Shown here: one piece after another, positions 1 to 11,475 of the stretch
Layout: each line of letters starts with the position of its first letter
How positions within the stretch are numbered: the first letter of the stretch is position 1
From: Candidatus Magasanikiibacteriota bacterium
GTDB taxonomy: Bacteria > Patescibacteriota > Patescibacteriia > Magasanikbacterales > UBA922
NCBI GenBank assembly: GCA_052033375.1
Contig: JBPOJQ010000003.1
Span: 10,503-74,502, forward strand
Direction: 5' to 3'
DNA: 64,000 bases
Notes under the pieces: generated by a model
What the model saw: only the letters and a program-made list of their open reading frames with translations
What the model was told of the DNA's origin: nothing
Database searches by the model: none
Program-made: the position numbers and the translations under genes

Positions 1-1256
1 ACAACATCTTTTAGTACCGAAATCGGCATATCGATTTTATTCCCCTGTACTATATCAGCGTATGCCCCCATATTTTCAGATGTCACCAATACTCTTCGAG
101 GAGCTGTAAATAACGTGTCTACTTCTCCCTCCACAAATAATTTCGGGTCGAGTACTACACCCACCTTTGCACTTTCAACTGCATTTCCAATCTGAATTAA
201 TCCTTTTCCGTATGTCTCTGCATATGCAGCTTCATCTGGATTTGGTGTGTGTCGGACAGTAGACTGCAGTGTACGAACAATTTGATCGACATGCCACAGG
301 GGCTGTACACTCTTTACGAGCGCAGCAGCAGCACTCACAAAAGGCGCAGCAAATGAAGTCCCGTTCCACCCCGTTTCGTATAATTCCAAATTATTAGACG
401 AAGATGATCGAATTGGTCCGGCAATATCTACCCCCGGTGCAGTAATATCAATACATCCAGCACCAATATTTGAAAAACCTGCAAGACGACGTGTAGAGTC
501 AATCGCACTTACTCCAATGACTTCTGTATAAGGGTCGAACATATCATTACAAATCGGAAATCGAGGTGACTCATTGAGATTTTCCATCTCATTTCCTGCA
601 GCACCGACTACAATTACCCCTTTTTGATATGCGTAATTCACAGCCGATCGAACCTCTGGAACCGAACCTTTTCCCACCATGCTTATATTGATCACGTCTG
701 CACCATTATTTGCCGCGTAATATATGGCCTCGACTAATGCCTCGGGTGTGCCCAAGCCATTTTCGTCTACTACTTGTAAATTCATGAGTTTAGCACCATA
801 CGCAATACCCACACCATATTGTTTGTTATTTCCTGCGGCCCCAATAATGCCAGCCACCACCGTCGCATGATTGATTACCAAATGTTCACTATTCTCATCG
901 GTATCCGATTGTGTGTCTATTTCCGTATCTCTTTTTACAAAACTCCACCCATGTATATCATCGACATACCCATTTGCATCATCATCCCGTCCATTATTGG
1001 GCACTTCATCTGTATTTAGCCAAAGAGCATCCTTCAAATCAGGATGTTCTTCATCAAAACCATTATCAATAATTGCGACTACCACACCTGGCGCTCCTGA
1101 TGTCTGCTCCCACGCACGGTACACATCTGCTGTTGCATATGCCCATTGGAGTGCTTGAGGGTCGTTCGGAAATTGCGCAAATACCTTCTGTGTAGGCAGA
1201 AGCAACAGACCCAGAATACTCAGGATGTAGAGAGGGGTATTTCTAAGGCTTATCAT
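1..1256 (-). CDS. Subtilisin-like serine peptidase (S8 family), secreted; C-terminus runs off the left edge of the window
   Basis: Hand translation of the minus strand gives a signal-peptide-like N-terminus MISLRNTPLYILSILGLLLLP. The S8 catalytic-triad contexts are present: AIIDNGFD (Asp), NHATVVAGIIGA (His) and GTSFAAPFVSAAAAL (Ser). There is no in-frame stop before the edge, so it is missing from the ORF track. Confidence 0.75.
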   Translation of the reverse strand, partial: MISLRNTPLYILSILGLLLLPTQKVFAQFPNDPQALQWAYATADVYRAWEQTSGAPGVVVAIIDNGFDEEHPDLKDALWLNTDEVPNNGRDDDANGYVDDIHGWSFVKRDTEIDTQSDTDENSEHLVINHATVVAGIIGAAGNNKQYGVGIAYGAKLMNLQVVDENGLGTPEALVEAIYYAANNGADVINISMVGKGSVPEVRSAVNYAYQKGVIVVGAAGNEMENLNESPRFPICNDMFDPYTEVIGVSAIDSTRRLAGFSNIGAGCIDITAPGVDIAGPIRSSSSNNLELYETGWNGTSFAAPFVSAAAALVKSVQPLWHVDQIVRTLQSTVRHTPNPDEAAYAETYGKGLIQIGNAVESAKVGVVLDPKLFVEGEVDTLFTAPRRVLVTSENMGAYADIVQGNKIDMPISVLKDV

Positions 1257-1327
1257 ACTCAAAAAAACACTTGTTTTTTTTCGATAAATCTGCTAAATTA
1301 TCCTTATTAGTATAACATACGCCCTCT

Positions 1328-2752
1328 GTGTTCGCAAACATCACCTTTAGTTATCGAATGAGACAAATCTTGCTTCTGCTTGCTGATTTTGCTTCCTACT
1401 ACATAGGATTTATTCTGGCACTCAGCTTGCGCACTCTCTCGTTGCCGCCCATCGAAAATCTCGTACACCACCTAGGACCTTTTACCATAGTATTCAGTCT
1501 CTGGATCATTGCAAACTATGTAAACGGCCTCTATGATCTTCGCCTAATGACACTCAATAGCAATACACGCAGAACCATTGAATCTGCGATTGTTGCTTTT
1601 CTGATTGGAATGTTTTTTTTCTATCTCGTACCAAGCGACAACATTACCCCAAAAACAATACTCTTTCTCACTACGACAATTGGATTTGGTATTGCAGCCC
1701 TGTTTCGTGCGTTTTATCTCACCTACATCGGCACACATAAACTCAAAACACGAATTTTATTCCTTGGGGTCACTGAGGAGATACAAGAGCTTATCTCGAT
1801 TGTCACCAGTCAGCCGAACCTGGGATACCACGTCTCGGTTATTATTGATCCTGATAAGCATTTCCAAAAACCACCCCATCCAGGAGTAGAGCTCTACCAT
1901 ACACTAAATACCCTCCGACCTGCGATAGACACGCAACACATTCATACCGTAGTTGTGGCACCTGATATGAGTAACAAGGACGAGGTCAAACGTGAATTAT
2001 ATGAACTCCTCTTCTGGCAAGTGCAAATCCTTGATATGACTTCTTTTTATGAGATGGTAACTGGCCGAATTCCTCCAAGCACTTTTTCTGAAAGCTGGTT
2101 CCTAAGTAATTTGCAAACAGCCGAACATCCTGTATACACCAAAGCAAAACGTGGAGTTGATATTATCTTTGGTGTTTTTTTTGGATTAATTTTTATTATA
2201 CTTTTCCCTCTACTGGCAATCGCGATCAAACTTTCATCTCCAGGCCCTATTTTTTTCAAACAACAACGCGGAGAAAGAGAGACCAATCGAATGGTTGGCG
2301 AAGGTGGAAAAATTTTTTGGATGTACAAACTTCGAACAATGTATGTTCTTGCCGAAGATGGAAGTGCAGAAACACATGGATATGAATTCGCCAAAAAAAA
2401 CGATACTCGGATTACTCCGGTTGGCACATTTTTGAGAAAAACACGACTTGATGAATTACCTCAAGCTTTCAATCTCCTCAAAGGTGAAGTGACTCTGGTT
2501 GGCCCTCGACCAGAGCGTCCTGAAATAGTTGAAAAGCTTACTCAACTTATGCCGTATTATCCACTTCGCCATATTATTAAACCAGGTATCACCGGTTGGG
2601 CAGCAATACAACAACACTATACTGATGATATTGAGTCATCTCTCAAAAAACTACAATACGACCTGTACTATATTAAAAATAAATCAGCACTTCTTGACCT
2701 CTCGATTATACTTCGCACCATTAATGTAGTACTCAGAGGAATGGGACAATAA
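1328..2752 (+). CDS. Polyprenyl-phosphate glycosylphosphotransferase, the initiating sugar transferase (WbaP/EPS family)
   Basis: N-terminal transmembrane segments are present. The C-terminal catalytic block KLRTM...RLDELPQAFNLLKGEVTLVGPRPERPE is the hallmark of the bacterial sugar-transferase family. Confidence 0.8.
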   Translation: MFANITFSYRMRQILLLLADFASYYIGFILALSLRTLSLPPIENLVHHLGPFTIVFSLWIIANYVNGLYDLRLMTLNSNTRRTIESAIVAFLIGMFFFYLVPSDNITPKTILFLTTTIGFGIAALFRAFYLTYIGTHKLKTRILFLGVTEEIQELISIVTSQPNLGYHVSVIIDPDKHFQKPPHPGVELYHTLNTLRPAIDTQHIHTVVVAPDMSNKDEVKRELYELLFWQVQILDMTSFYEMVTGRIPPSTFSESWFLSNLQTAEHPVYTKAKRGVDIIFGVFFGLIFIILFPLLAIAIKLSSPGPIFFKQQRGERETNRMVGEGGKIFWMYKLRTMYVLAEDGSAETHGYEFAKKNDTRITPVGTFLRKTRLDELPQAFNLLKGEVTLVGPRPERPEIVEKLTQLMPYYPLRHIIKPGITGWAAIQQHYTDDIESSLKKLQYDLYYIKNKSALLDLSIILRTINVVLRGMGQ

Positions 2753-3075
2753 GAGTCGAAAATACACTGTTATTTAAGAAACTTTATTAGACCTGAGAGC
2801 AACTTTGAAATTTCAATAGATACAAGTATTTTCTTTGGTGAGGTGCCCTAGTAAACGCAAGGTATCATATAGACCGGACTTCTCCACATGATCCCTTTGA
2901 GACAAAAAGAAAATGGGAGAATTCTTTGTCTCCCTTTCTTTCAACACCTTTGGCAATATTTCATGATAGAGAGTGAGGCTCTCTGAATCTGATCTTTGAA
3001 ACTGTAATCTTTACAGTTCTGTACGCTATAATAAATACCGCATGTCAATCTTTTTGCTTTTTGCCATGCACTAAT

Positions 3076-3996
3076 TTATTCGATTCCCCATTCTTTTTTG
3101 AGTTCAGCAATTCCTTCTTCAAGAGAAATTGTAGGTTCCCAGCCAAGTAATTTTTTTGCCTTAGTGTTATCTGCTTGTGTAAAACGCATTTCACCAGGAA
3201 ATGATTCTACCAGCGTTGTTTCCCCGCCAATAAGCTCTGCGAGCTGATTCACCGAATATGGATGATTATTACCAATATTGATAGTTTCACCTTTTCCCAC
3301 TGTATCCTTGGTCATTGCAAGTATATTTGCCCGGACCACATCCGCCACATGCGTGTAATCTCGATAAAACTCACCATCACCACGAATCGTAAGCGGTTGA
3401 TTATTTTTTCGTTGCTGCAAAAATTTTCCAATAACCAACGCATAAGCACCCTCAGGATCAGCAAATTGTCCAAACACATTAAAATATACCAATGAGACTG
3501 TCTCTACTCTATACAATTCAGAAAATAATCGGCAATACTCCTCGCCTATAAATTTATGTAACGCATACGGAGCTAATGGTTTTTTAATCATGCTGTCCTC
3601 TTTCAGGGGATACATTTCTCTCGGTTGATCACCGTATGTTGAAGACGAGGAAGAGAATACTACACGTTTAGCTCCTGCGTCCCTCGCAGCAAGCAATACA
3701 TTGAGTGTACCATTCACATTTACATCATGGGTTTCTTGCGGGTGCTCGACTGAGTATACTACACGAGGCAGAGCTGCCATATGAAAAACCCCATCAACAC
3801 CCTTCATTTCACGAATCAATAGATCTAAGTCGCGAATATCGCCTTCGATGTATTGCACACCTTTCTGCAGACGTTCTTCTTTCCGTCCACCTGAAAAATT
3901 ATCAATTACCGTGACTAGATGTCCTATCTTTTTTAGCTCGATCACTAGATTGGTTCCAATAAATCCTGCCCCACCGGTTACGAGATAATGTGCCAT
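3076..3996 (-). CDS. NAD-dependent nucleotide-sugar epimerase/dehydratase (extended SDR, UDP-hexose 4-epimerase-like)
   Basis: N-terminal Rossmann motif VTGGAGFIGTNL, a YxxxK catalytic region and a conserved GalE/WbpP-like C-terminus. Confidence 0.75.
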   Translation of the reverse strand: MAHYLVTGGAGFIGTNLVIELKKIGHLVTVIDNFSGGRKEERLQKGVQYIEGDIRDLDLLIREMKGVDGVFHMAALPRVVYSVEHPQETHDVNVNGTLNVLLAARDAGAKRVVFSSSSSTYGDQPREMYPLKEDSMIKKPLAPYALHKFIGEEYCRLFSELYRVETVSLVYFNVFGQFADPEGAYALVIGKFLQQRKNNQPLTIRGDGEFYRDYTHVADVVRANILAMTKDTVGKGETINIGNNHPYSVNQLAELIGGETTLVESFPGEMRFTQADNTKAKKLLGWEPTISLEEGIAELKKEWGIE

Positions 3997-4016
3997 ATTT
4001 TTAGGATTAGCGTTAG

Positions 4017-5426
4017 TTAGTGAGATTTCGACTGAGAAAAAAATGGAGAGCCGACCGCAATCACAGAAAAACCTGCAGCAACCAAATCTGTATATTGATG
4101 TTGGAGAATCCGTCGACCATCCATAATAAGTGGTCGATTTTTTAGAGAGAGTAATTGGTCTCCAATTCCCCTAAACTGCGGCCAATCAGTAGCGATAATA
4201 CACACGTCAATGTCAGCTATTGCCTCGCTTGCATTATTGACATACGCAATCTTTTGATACAATTCATTCTTTTCAGGATTAAAGTATTTCTTAGCTTCCC
4301 CAAGTGCTGCAGGATCATACACTTTTATTTCTCCAACCCCAGTACCAAGTAATTCATGGATAATATTAATAGCACCTGAATTTCTAATATCATTTGTTGA
4401 CTGTTTGAATGCGACACCAAGCATACCTACTCGCTTGCCCGCCCACTGCACACCCGCATCAGTCTCTGCGCGACTAAAAAAATGATTACACTGGAATGTA
4501 TTCGCATCCAGAATCTCTCGAATAAGATGTGCGTGCGACCCTGCCTGTTCGAGCTGATTTGCAAGAGATGCTGCATCTTTGATAAAACAACTTCCACCTG
4601 CGTACAGACTATTATAGAGTCCCCAGGATCCGATACGGGGATCAGTAATCAAAATTTTTCTTACAGACTCATAATTTACATTATCGAAGTATTCGCACGT
4701 TCTCCCCACTACGTCATAGGTAGTGACCACTTTATTAAACAACAAAAAATTTGCCAGTAACTTTCCACACGCAGCTTCATAGGGATTCACTTCGATATAT
4801 GCAACAGTACTCGAGTCATAAAAACGCTGATAAATTTCACGCATGATCTGAAAATCTTCGGGTGTGTGTGCTCCCACTACCACTCGATCGGGATGTATAG
4901 AATCTTTGATTGCCTTCCCTTCAACAAGAAATTCTGGATTCGAGACAATACCAAAATTTTTTACCCCCTGTTCAGTAAATAATTTTTCCGTATAATCAAT
5001 CATCTGAATAGGGACTGTACTTTTATTCACAATCACCAATCGCTTTTCCTGTGCACCTCCATTTCGTCTAGATAGTAGAGGTCCCAGGTCTTTCACCGCC
5101 TGTTCATAATATGATAGATCGGTCTCTCCTGCTGCACCATGCTTTTCAGGTGTAGGAAGACACATAAAAACTACATCGACTCCGTGCACAAATTTCTCCA
5201 CGTCTGACAGTGTATTTGTGAAGGTAATCCGTTCGTTATTTCTAATTAAAAGCTCAGAGAGACCCTCCTCGTGAAGACATGACTGAATTGCCTCTCGATT
5301 ACCGCTCGAAAGTTTTTGTATCCTTATTGGGTCAATATCATATACGAGTGTATTATGTCCTGAATCTGCTGACACAGCTGCAGAACACGTACCTACAAAC
5401 CCCCCGCCAATATACAAAATATTCAT
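4017..5426 (-). CDS. UDP-glucose/GDP-mannose dehydrogenase family protein (UDP-glucose 6-dehydrogenase-like)
   Basis: N-terminal NAD-binding motif [11 protein letters not shown]. The catalytic cysteine motif [12 protein letters not shown] matches the GGSCFPKD consensus. Confidence 0.8.
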   Translation of the reverse strand: MNILYIGGGFVGTCSAAVSADSGHNTLVYDIDPIRIQKLSSGNREAIQSCLHEEGLSELLIRNNERITFTNTLSDVEKFVHGVDVVFMCLPTPEKHGAAGETDLSYYEQAVKDLGPLLSRRNGGAQEKRLVIVNKSTVPIQMIDYTEKLFTEQGVKNFGIVSNPEFLVEGKAIKDSIHPDRVVVGAHTPEDFQIMREIYQRFYDSSTVAYIEVNPYEAACGKLLANFLLFNKVVTTYDVVGRTCEYFDNVNYESVRKILITDPRIGSWGLYNSLYAGGSCFIKDAASLANQLEQAGSHAHLIREILDANTFQCNHFFSRAETDAGVQWAGKRVGMLGVAFKQSTNDIRNSGAINIIHELLGTGVGEIKVYDPAALGEAKKYFNPEKNELYQKIAYVNNASEAIADIDVCIIATDWPQFRGIGDQLLSLKNRPLIMDGRRILQHQYTDLVAAGFSVIAVGSPFFSQSKSH

Positions 5427-6361
5427 AACACTGTTCTAAAATATTCAATAGTTTCTTGTAATCCTTTGTTTATATCAATTTTTGGGGACCAATGCAAGAG
5501 CTTGCGAGCTTTAGTAATATCTGGACATCGCCGTCGCGGGTCATCAATTGGAAGCTTTTTCTCGACTATCTTGCTTTTGGAATCAGTCATTTTCTGTATC
5601 ATGGTAGCCAGCTCTTTTACGGTCTGTTCTTTTGGGTTGCCCAGATTAATAGGTCCTTGTAATTTCTTTCCCGAATTCATGAGTTTTATAAGACCATCTA
5701 CCAGGTCGCTTACATAGCAGAAACTACGTGTCTGAGTACCTTTACCGTACAAGGTAAGAGGCTTTTTTTGAAGTGCTTGGACAATAAAATTTGAAACGAC
5801 CCTTCCATCTTCTTTTGACATTCGCGGACCGTAGGTATTGAATATTCGCGCTACTTTAATCTCCATTCCATGCATGCGATGATAATCAAAAAATAAGGTT
5901 TCCGCCGCTCGTTTTCCTTCATCATAACATGCTCTCGGCCCAATCGAATTCACGTTTCCTCGATATTCTTCGGACTGTGGGTGTACTTCCGGGTCACCAT
6001 ATACTTCTGACGTAGACGCTTGAAGCACGCGCGCTTTGTGTTTTCGTGCAAAGCCTAAAACATTAATAACACCCATAGTACATGCTTTGGTTGTATGCAC
6101 TTGATTTGATTGGTAGTGAACCGGGGACGCTGGACATGCAAGATTATATACCTGATCTACTTTTTCTGTAATAAAAAAAGGGTCTACAATATCATGCTCG
6201 ATAAATTTAAAATTTTTATTTTTGAAAGCGTTCTCCAAATTTTTCTTCGAGCCGGTAAATAAATTATCAAGTCCAATCACTCGGTTCCCCTCTTTCAATA
6301 ACCGATCGGTCAAGTGTGAGCCGATAAATCCTGCAGCACCAGTAATAAGTATCGTTTTCAT
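5423..6361 (-). CDS. UDP-glucuronate decarboxylase (UDP-xylose synthase)
   Basis: [29 protein letters not shown] and [19 protein letters not shown] closely follow the UXS family signature. The start overlaps the upstream dehydrogenase by 4 nt. Confidence 0.8.
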   Translation of the reverse strand: MKTILITGAAGFIGSHLTDRLLKEGNRVIGLDNLFTGSKKNLENAFKNKNFKFIEHDIVDPFFITEKVDQVYNLACPASPVHYQSNQVHTTKACTMGVINVLGFARKHKARVLQASTSEVYGDPEVHPQSEEYRGNVNSIGPRACYDEGKRAAETLFFDYHRMHGMEIKVARIFNTYGPRMSKEDGRVVSNFIVQALQKKPLTLYGKGTQTRSFCYVSDLVDGLIKLMNSGKKLQGPINLGNPKEQTVKELATMIQKMTDSKSKIVEKKLPIDDPRRRCPDITKARKLLHWSPKIDINKGLQETIEYFRTVL

Positions 6362-6363
6362 AT

Positions 6364-7227
6364 TTACGTTTTTTTAAATATATTGTAGATACGTGCGATA
6401 ATCATTCGGCAGTTGATACCCAACCAAACAATTCCGTTCGTCACTACATTTGACTGTTTTGCGAAATGCTTTTGATAATATAACCACATCGCATCATAAA
6501 AATTAATAAGAGACTGCGCTTTCCGCTTCTTACTACTACTCCCACCAAGATGAATAATACGAGCCTCACTCACGTATACAATGCTCCACCCCTGATCTCC
6601 GATCCTCTTGCACCAATCCAAATCTTCTCCATAGAAAAAAAATCGTTCATCAAAACCACCTATTTTTTCAAACACTTCTCTTCGAAACATCATTCCAGCT
6701 CCGGAGATAGCCTCAACAGGTTCGGTTATATCAGGATTATCGCTCAATCTTTTATACGAGACAACATGTTTATTTTTTTTGAATATTTTTACCAGCCCAA
6801 AAAGATGAAAAAAGGCATTTTTTGGATTCGGTAAATTCCTCCGACACGCATGCTGAAATGTCATGTCCCCATTAAGCAGTTTTGGTCCTACGCACATAAC
6901 ATCTCTATGTTCATCCAAATATGCAACCAATACATTAACCGCACGATCGAGCACCACGGTGTCACTGTTCAATAAAAACATGTACTCACCTTGAGCAATT
7001 TTCATTCCCTGATTATTTGCTTTCCCAAAGCCCACATTTTCTGTGTTCTCAATTAATACTACCTGTGGAAATTCCTGCTTAATCATCTGAACACTCGCAT
7101 CTTTTGAATTATTATCAATCACGATAACTTCGTACTCAAACCCATGAGTTTCAGCAAAAATAGCACTAAGTGTCTGTCTCGTGAGATCACATGTATTCCA
7201 ATTCACTATGATAATTGAAAGTTTCAT
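6364..7227 (-). CDS. Glycosyltransferase family 2
   Basis: [16 protein letters not shown]...[14 protein letters not shown] is the GT-A DxD-type fold signature. Confidence 0.75.
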   Translation of the reverse strand: MKLSIIIVNWNTCDLTRQTLSAIFAETHGFEYEVIVIDNNSKDASVQMIKQEFPQVVLIENTENVGFGKANNQGMKIAQGEYMFLLNSDTVVLDRAVNVLVAYLDEHRDVMCVGPKLLNGDMTFQHACRRNLPNPKNAFFHLFGLVKIFKKNKHVVSYKRLSDNPDITEPVEAISGAGMMFRREVFEKIGGFDERFFFYGEDLDWCKRIGDQGWSIVYVSEARIIHLGGSSSKKRKAQSLINFYDAMWLYYQKHFAKQSNVVTNGIVWLGINCRMIIARIYNIFKKT

Positions 7228-7229
7228 AG

Positions 7230-8189
7230 TTATTCTTTTTTAATCGCACCCATCCACCGTTCGTACACCCCGAGAGGCCAACCGCACATTTTTGCCACAT
7301 CACCGAGTATAATGACTGCGGGAAGTAAACATATACCAACGAACTTATATTGTATACTCTTATTCGCAGTAAATACAATCCAGCGTTTCCAAAACTTATA
7401 GTTATATATCAATATACCGCTAATAAGTAGTGCCCACAAACCTGGGTGTACTGCCCCCACAACACACAAACCTAGTGAAAAAACATACGTACTGTACCGA
7501 ATTATTTGTCGACCAAAAAATAATTGCGCATGTCCATCACCTCTCGTATATTTGAATAGTTGCAAACAATATTGTTTGAGTGTAGGTCGTGGTCTCCACA
7601 AAACTAGCGGTTCACGTATATACGTAGTCGGTATATTACATTTTTGTATATTGAGGTCAAATACAATGTCCTCACAAATCGGCAACCACTCAGGATACCC
7701 CCCTGCTTTTTCCCATACTGTTTTTTTAAACGCTACAGATCTACTTGAGGGTAGCCAGTCGTTCCCAAACTCATGTTTAGCTGGAATTGTAGCGGCGGCG
7801 ATGAGATACACTTTGAAAGGATCGCCTTTTTTGAACCATGGATTAAATGCAGTGGTCACAAATTCCGCTTCCAACTCTACTAAAGGGGTTGTAATTTTTT
7901 CAAACCACGCTACAGAATATGTACAGCCAGCATCCGCAACTACAATATAACTTCCTCGTGCATGAGCAATTGCCACATTTCTTCCGTGTGCTATATTTCC
8001 TTTTTCCTGAAAAATACGAAGTACAGTATTATTACGTGCCTGTTCTTGGAGCCATTCCCATGTGCCATCAGTAGACCCTCCATCGACAATGATGATTTCA
8101 TCAGGTTTTTTTGATTGATTAACAAAGCTGGTAAGCCATTCAGCTATATTATTTTTCTCATTCAAAACAGTCGTTATTAACGAAATCAT
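7230..8189 (-). CDS. Glycosyltransferase family 2 with a C-terminal membrane anchor
   Basis: ISLITTVLNEKNNIAEWL...IIIVDGGSTDGT in the N-terminal half, with hydrophobic helices in the C-terminal third. Confidence 0.7.
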   Translation of the reverse strand: MISLITTVLNEKNNIAEWLTSFVNQSKKPDEIIIVDGGSTDGTWEWLQEQARNNTVLRIFQEKGNIAHGRNVAIAHARGSYIVVADAGCTYSVAWFEKITTPLVELEAEFVTTAFNPWFKKGDPFKVYLIAAATIPAKHEFGNDWLPSSRSVAFKKTVWEKAGGYPEWLPICEDIVFDLNIQKCNIPTTYIREPLVLWRPRPTLKQYCLQLFKYTRGDGHAQLFFGRQIIRYSTYVFSLGLCVVGAVHPGLWALLISGILIYNYKFWKRWIVFTANKSIQYKFVGICLLPAVIILGDVAKMCGWPLGVYERWMGAIKKE

Positions 8190-9088
8190 ATTTTAGACTT
8201 TAGTCGCTTCAGCCACAAGCTGATTGAACCTAAACACGCTATTTCACCCATCATAACGAATTGACGTACACCTTTTTTGTATTTTTTTATAAAGATTTCT
8301 AAAGCACTCAAAAATAACTTCAACCTTTTCTCGTCATACCTCGTCTTAAAACTTCCCCCATAGACATGGAGTACGGGATCCGCATTAATAGCTTTGACTT
8401 GCCATTTAGAACGTTTCAACCGAAAACACAAATCAGTTTCCTCGAAATACATAAAATAATCTTCAGCTAATAATCCCACTTCTTCAAGTGCCTCTTTACG
8501 TAGCATACACGCAGCTCCAGTCACATAGTCAAGCTCTATCCCATCTATTGGTAGTTGCTGTGGAAATAGTGCAATACTTTTCAGTTTCTGTCTAATATTC
8601 TTTGGAAAAAAGATGGGTATGGGAATCAAATAGGTGAATACATTCATAACTGTTGGGAAATACCCACCGACTGATTGTAGCTCTCCGGTTGGATAAATTA
8701 ATTGAGGACTAAGTGCACCAATTTTTGAGTGCTCACTCATATACACATATAAATCTTCCAAGCTTTTCACCCCTGCTTCCGTATCACTATTAAGCAACCA
8801 GATGTATGGTTGCGTTGAATATTCTCTAATTGCACGATTATTTGCTCTAGCAAATCCTATATTTTCCTGATTTTCAATAGTAATTACATCTGGAAATTTC
8901 ATTTTAACTTGTTCGACTAACCCATCCTCTGAATTATTGTCAACCAAAATGACTTGCGCTGGAGTTACTGACGAATTATACAATGCCACCAAAGCTTTGT
9001 ATGTGAGCTCGGGTGTTTTGTAATTCACAATAATTACTGACACTGGGACAGTTTTTTTATTCTCCATAGCGTGCAGATTTCTGTGCAA
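8186..9088 (-). CDS. Glycosyltransferase family 2
   Basis: VSVIIVNYKTPELT...VILVDNNSEDG. Confidence 0.75.
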   Translation of the reverse strand: MHRNLHAMENKKTVPVSVIIVNYKTPELTYKALVALYNSSVTPAQVILVDNNSEDGLVEQVKMKFPDVITIENQENIGFARANNRAIREYSTQPYIWLLNSDTEAGVKSLEDLYVYMSEHSKIGALSPQLIYPTGELQSVGGYFPTVMNVFTYLIPIPIFFPKNIRQKLKSIALFPQQLPIDGIELDYVTGAACMLRKEALEEVGLLAEDYFMYFEETDLCFRLKRSKWQVKAINADPVLHVYGGSFKTRYDEKRLKLFLSALEIFIKKYKKGVRQFVMMGEIACLGSISLWLKRLKSKI

Positions 9089-9926
9089 TCAAAAATAATG
9101 TATCTCGAACATTGAGTGGAATTGCTCTAGATCTCAAAACAGACTTCGAACACCAGGTTGCTAATCGTGAAAAAAAATTAAATCCGGTCCAACTATACAA
9201 CAGACGAATAATATAGGGTATCGTAAACCATTTTCCATGATGAGAAACCTTAACAATACCAAGTCCTTTTTTATTCAACAAATTCTTCAAATGTGACACT
9301 CGAAAATAAAATAAGTGTTGCGGCGGCACAAATGCATGCCATCGTTTGCCCCACGCTCGCGCCCACACACTTCCAGCATCTGGCGTAGTTATAACAATCA
9401 CACCCCTATCTGTCAACATACGCGCTGCTTTTTCGAGAGTTAGTACAGGATCTTTCACATGCTCAATTAAATCATACATAACAATGACGTCAAATTTTTC
9501 TTCTGTTTCGTAGGTATCAAGGGATGCAACTGATACTTGCAAACCTTTTTTCTTTGCTTTTTCTACAGCATACTCAGACAAATCAATTCCTGAAACTGCC
9601 CACCCTCTCTCTCGTGCACGTTCCAAAAAAAATCCGGTCGCACACCCCACCTCAAACATAGTAATTTTCTGATGATCTCCAAATACCTTTGTTATTTCAT
9701 CGAGGTATCCTTCATAGGTCTTTTGTGTCACTTCTTTGTCCTGCTCATAATCCATATACCCATCAAGACTCACGTCTCCCGTAAAATAGCCCTCAGCATA
9801 GTAAGGCGCTAAATCCTCGGGCACATTTTCAACAGCCATCAGTTTACATTGCGGACATTTTTCAATACTAAATCCTTTTTTAGTGAAAAAATATTTCATT
9901 GCTCCTTCACAATTGATGCATTTCAT
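9057..9926 (-). CDS. Class I SAM-dependent methyltransferase with an N-terminal Cys4 zinc ribbon
   Basis: CxxC...CxxC at the N-terminus (MKCINCEG...CPQCK). The SAM-binding motif is FEVGCATGFFLERA. Confidence 0.7.
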   Translation of the reverse strand: MKCINCEGAMKYFFTKKGFSIEKCPQCKLMAVENVPEDLAPYYAEGYFTGDVSLDGYMDYEQDKEVTQKTYEGYLDEITKVFGDHQKITMFEVGCATGFFLERARERGWAVSGIDLSEYAVEKAKKKGLQVSVASLDTYETEEKFDVIVMYDLIEHVKDPVLTLEKAARMLTDRGVIVITTPDAGSVWARAWGKRWHAFVPPQHLFYFRVSHLKNLLNKKGLGIVKVSHHGKWFTIPYIIRLLYSWTGFNFFSRLATWCSKSVLRSRAIPLNVRDTLFLIAQKSARYGE

Positions 9927-11473
9927 AATTTTTCTAACAAAAATACACTATACTTGTACGTATAACTCTCGTAGCCCAAAATTTTTTCTTTATACTTTTT
10001 TAACTCAGAATCAAGTGGTACTGAATCAAAACGATCAATAATTACAAATCCTTCAGGTATTTTACTCTCACTTCCCTGATTTGTATTTGAATCATCTGAA
10101 CTCGTAGAAAAAAACCACACACGACTATGTGCCGGGATCAGGGATGCCTCATCACCATAAATAGGAGAAATTTTTTTGAAATACTTTTCTTTATAAAATA
10201 AATATGTTCCTTCATTTAAATCACCATTAATTACGACTTTATCACCATCTTTTCCATATTCATGCACAAACTGAAATGACTCAAACGTATTAAAATAGCT
10301 TGCATTAATATAATTTTTTTTATTATAGAAATTATACAAACCAACACTTGCTACAAAAAACCAAATTAGCACACATAATTTTTCTATATTTTTTGATTTG
10401 ATATAGCGCATAGACCCGACAAGTGCCATAACAAAGAGTGGGTATGCTACAAATACATATTTCGGATATACAATAAAATTGTATCGAGGATTAAATACAT
10501 TGAGAAATATCGTATTAATACTGATCAAGGCAACCGATACACCGAGAATAAAAATATGTGATGAAGAAAGCGTCCTCTTTTTAAGAGAAAGAATTATAAT
10601 TCCCAGTATGTACAATAGAAACAAAGCACCCGGAATGAGTACTACCAAATTCCATGGGAGTATATTCTCACCAAAGAAAAAAACATACACATGGAACGCT
10701 ACGGTGAGTGCGATATGCGATACTGAATTGGCCAATAAATTATGCTTTTCAAATCCCCCATCCCCTTGGAGCAGTATCCGGTCAAGCAGTAACCACAACA
10801 TTGGTATAAAACTGAGTACAATTATTAATTGAATCTTTACCCACGACCAGATGCTGTGTTGTAATCTTTTTTTTAATACCTGGTAACAAAGATACAGACT
10901 TGTTACTCCGAATATGTATATAAAGTGCGGGTAGTCGGTAAAGCATGTAGCTATACTTGCCAGTACATAGCCTAAAATATTTTTTCTATTCCATTTTTCA
11001 TGTGTAAGTAGGTAGAAATAATAAATGGACAACAAGCTAAATAGCGCTGCAAGCGTATGATACCTTGCCATCTGTCCAATCAACACAAAATAAGAAGAGA
11101 ATGCAGTAAAAAATGCAGAGAGATATGCATATTTTTTCTCAGACCATATTGTTCGCGCAAATACGTATACCACGGCTACAATACCAAGCGCAGATGCTAT
11201 TGAAACCAAACGGATAGTCATCTCGCTCCACGGCAAAATAAATGATGTGATTGTAACTAGCAGATAATATAGTGGCGGATGGTTATCTGGAACTTTACTA
11301 TATTCAATTAAAAACTGAATTGGATTATACGTTAGATACCCCAGTACAGCTGTCTCATCCATCCAAAATGTTCGTCCAGAAGCATTACTGAATAAGAGTA
11401 CTGCTGCGCATAGAAAAATTAATATACCGTATATATGTTCCATCACCCGTTTTTTGTATTTCTGAAGCAGCAT
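9923..11473 (-). CDS. Polytopic GT-C-type glycosyltransferase (GT39/GT83, PMT/ArnT-like)
   Basis: About 11-13 predicted transmembrane helices, with a DE motif in the first extracytoplasmic loop (FWMDETAVLGY). It lies immediately upstream of a DPM1/ArnC-like GT2, so the two look like a pair. Confidence 0.55.
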   Translation of the reverse strand: MLLQKYKKRVMEHIYGILIFLCAAVLLFSNASGRTFWMDETAVLGYLTYNPIQFLIEYSKVPDNHPPLYYLLVTITSFILPWSEMTIRLVSIASALGIVAVVYVFARTIWSEKKYAYLSAFFTAFSSYFVLIGQMARYHTLAALFSLLSIYYFYLLTHEKWNRKNILGYVLASIATCFTDYPHFIYIFGVTSLYLCYQVLKKRLQHSIWSWVKIQLIIVLSFIPMLWLLLDRILLQGDGGFEKHNLLANSVSHIALTVAFHVYVFFFGENILPWNLVVLIPGALFLLYILGIIILSLKKRTLSSSHIFILGVSVALISINTIFLNVFNPRYNFIVYPKYVFVAYPLFVMALVGSMRYIKSKNIEKLCVLIWFFVASVGLYNFYNKKNYINASYFNTFESFQFVHEYGKDGDKVVINGDLNEGTYLFYKEKYFKKISPIYGDEASLIPAHSRVWFFSTSSDDSNTNQGSESKIPEGFVIIDRFDSVPLDSELKKYKEKILGYESYTYKYSVFLLEKL

Positions 11474-11475
11474 AC

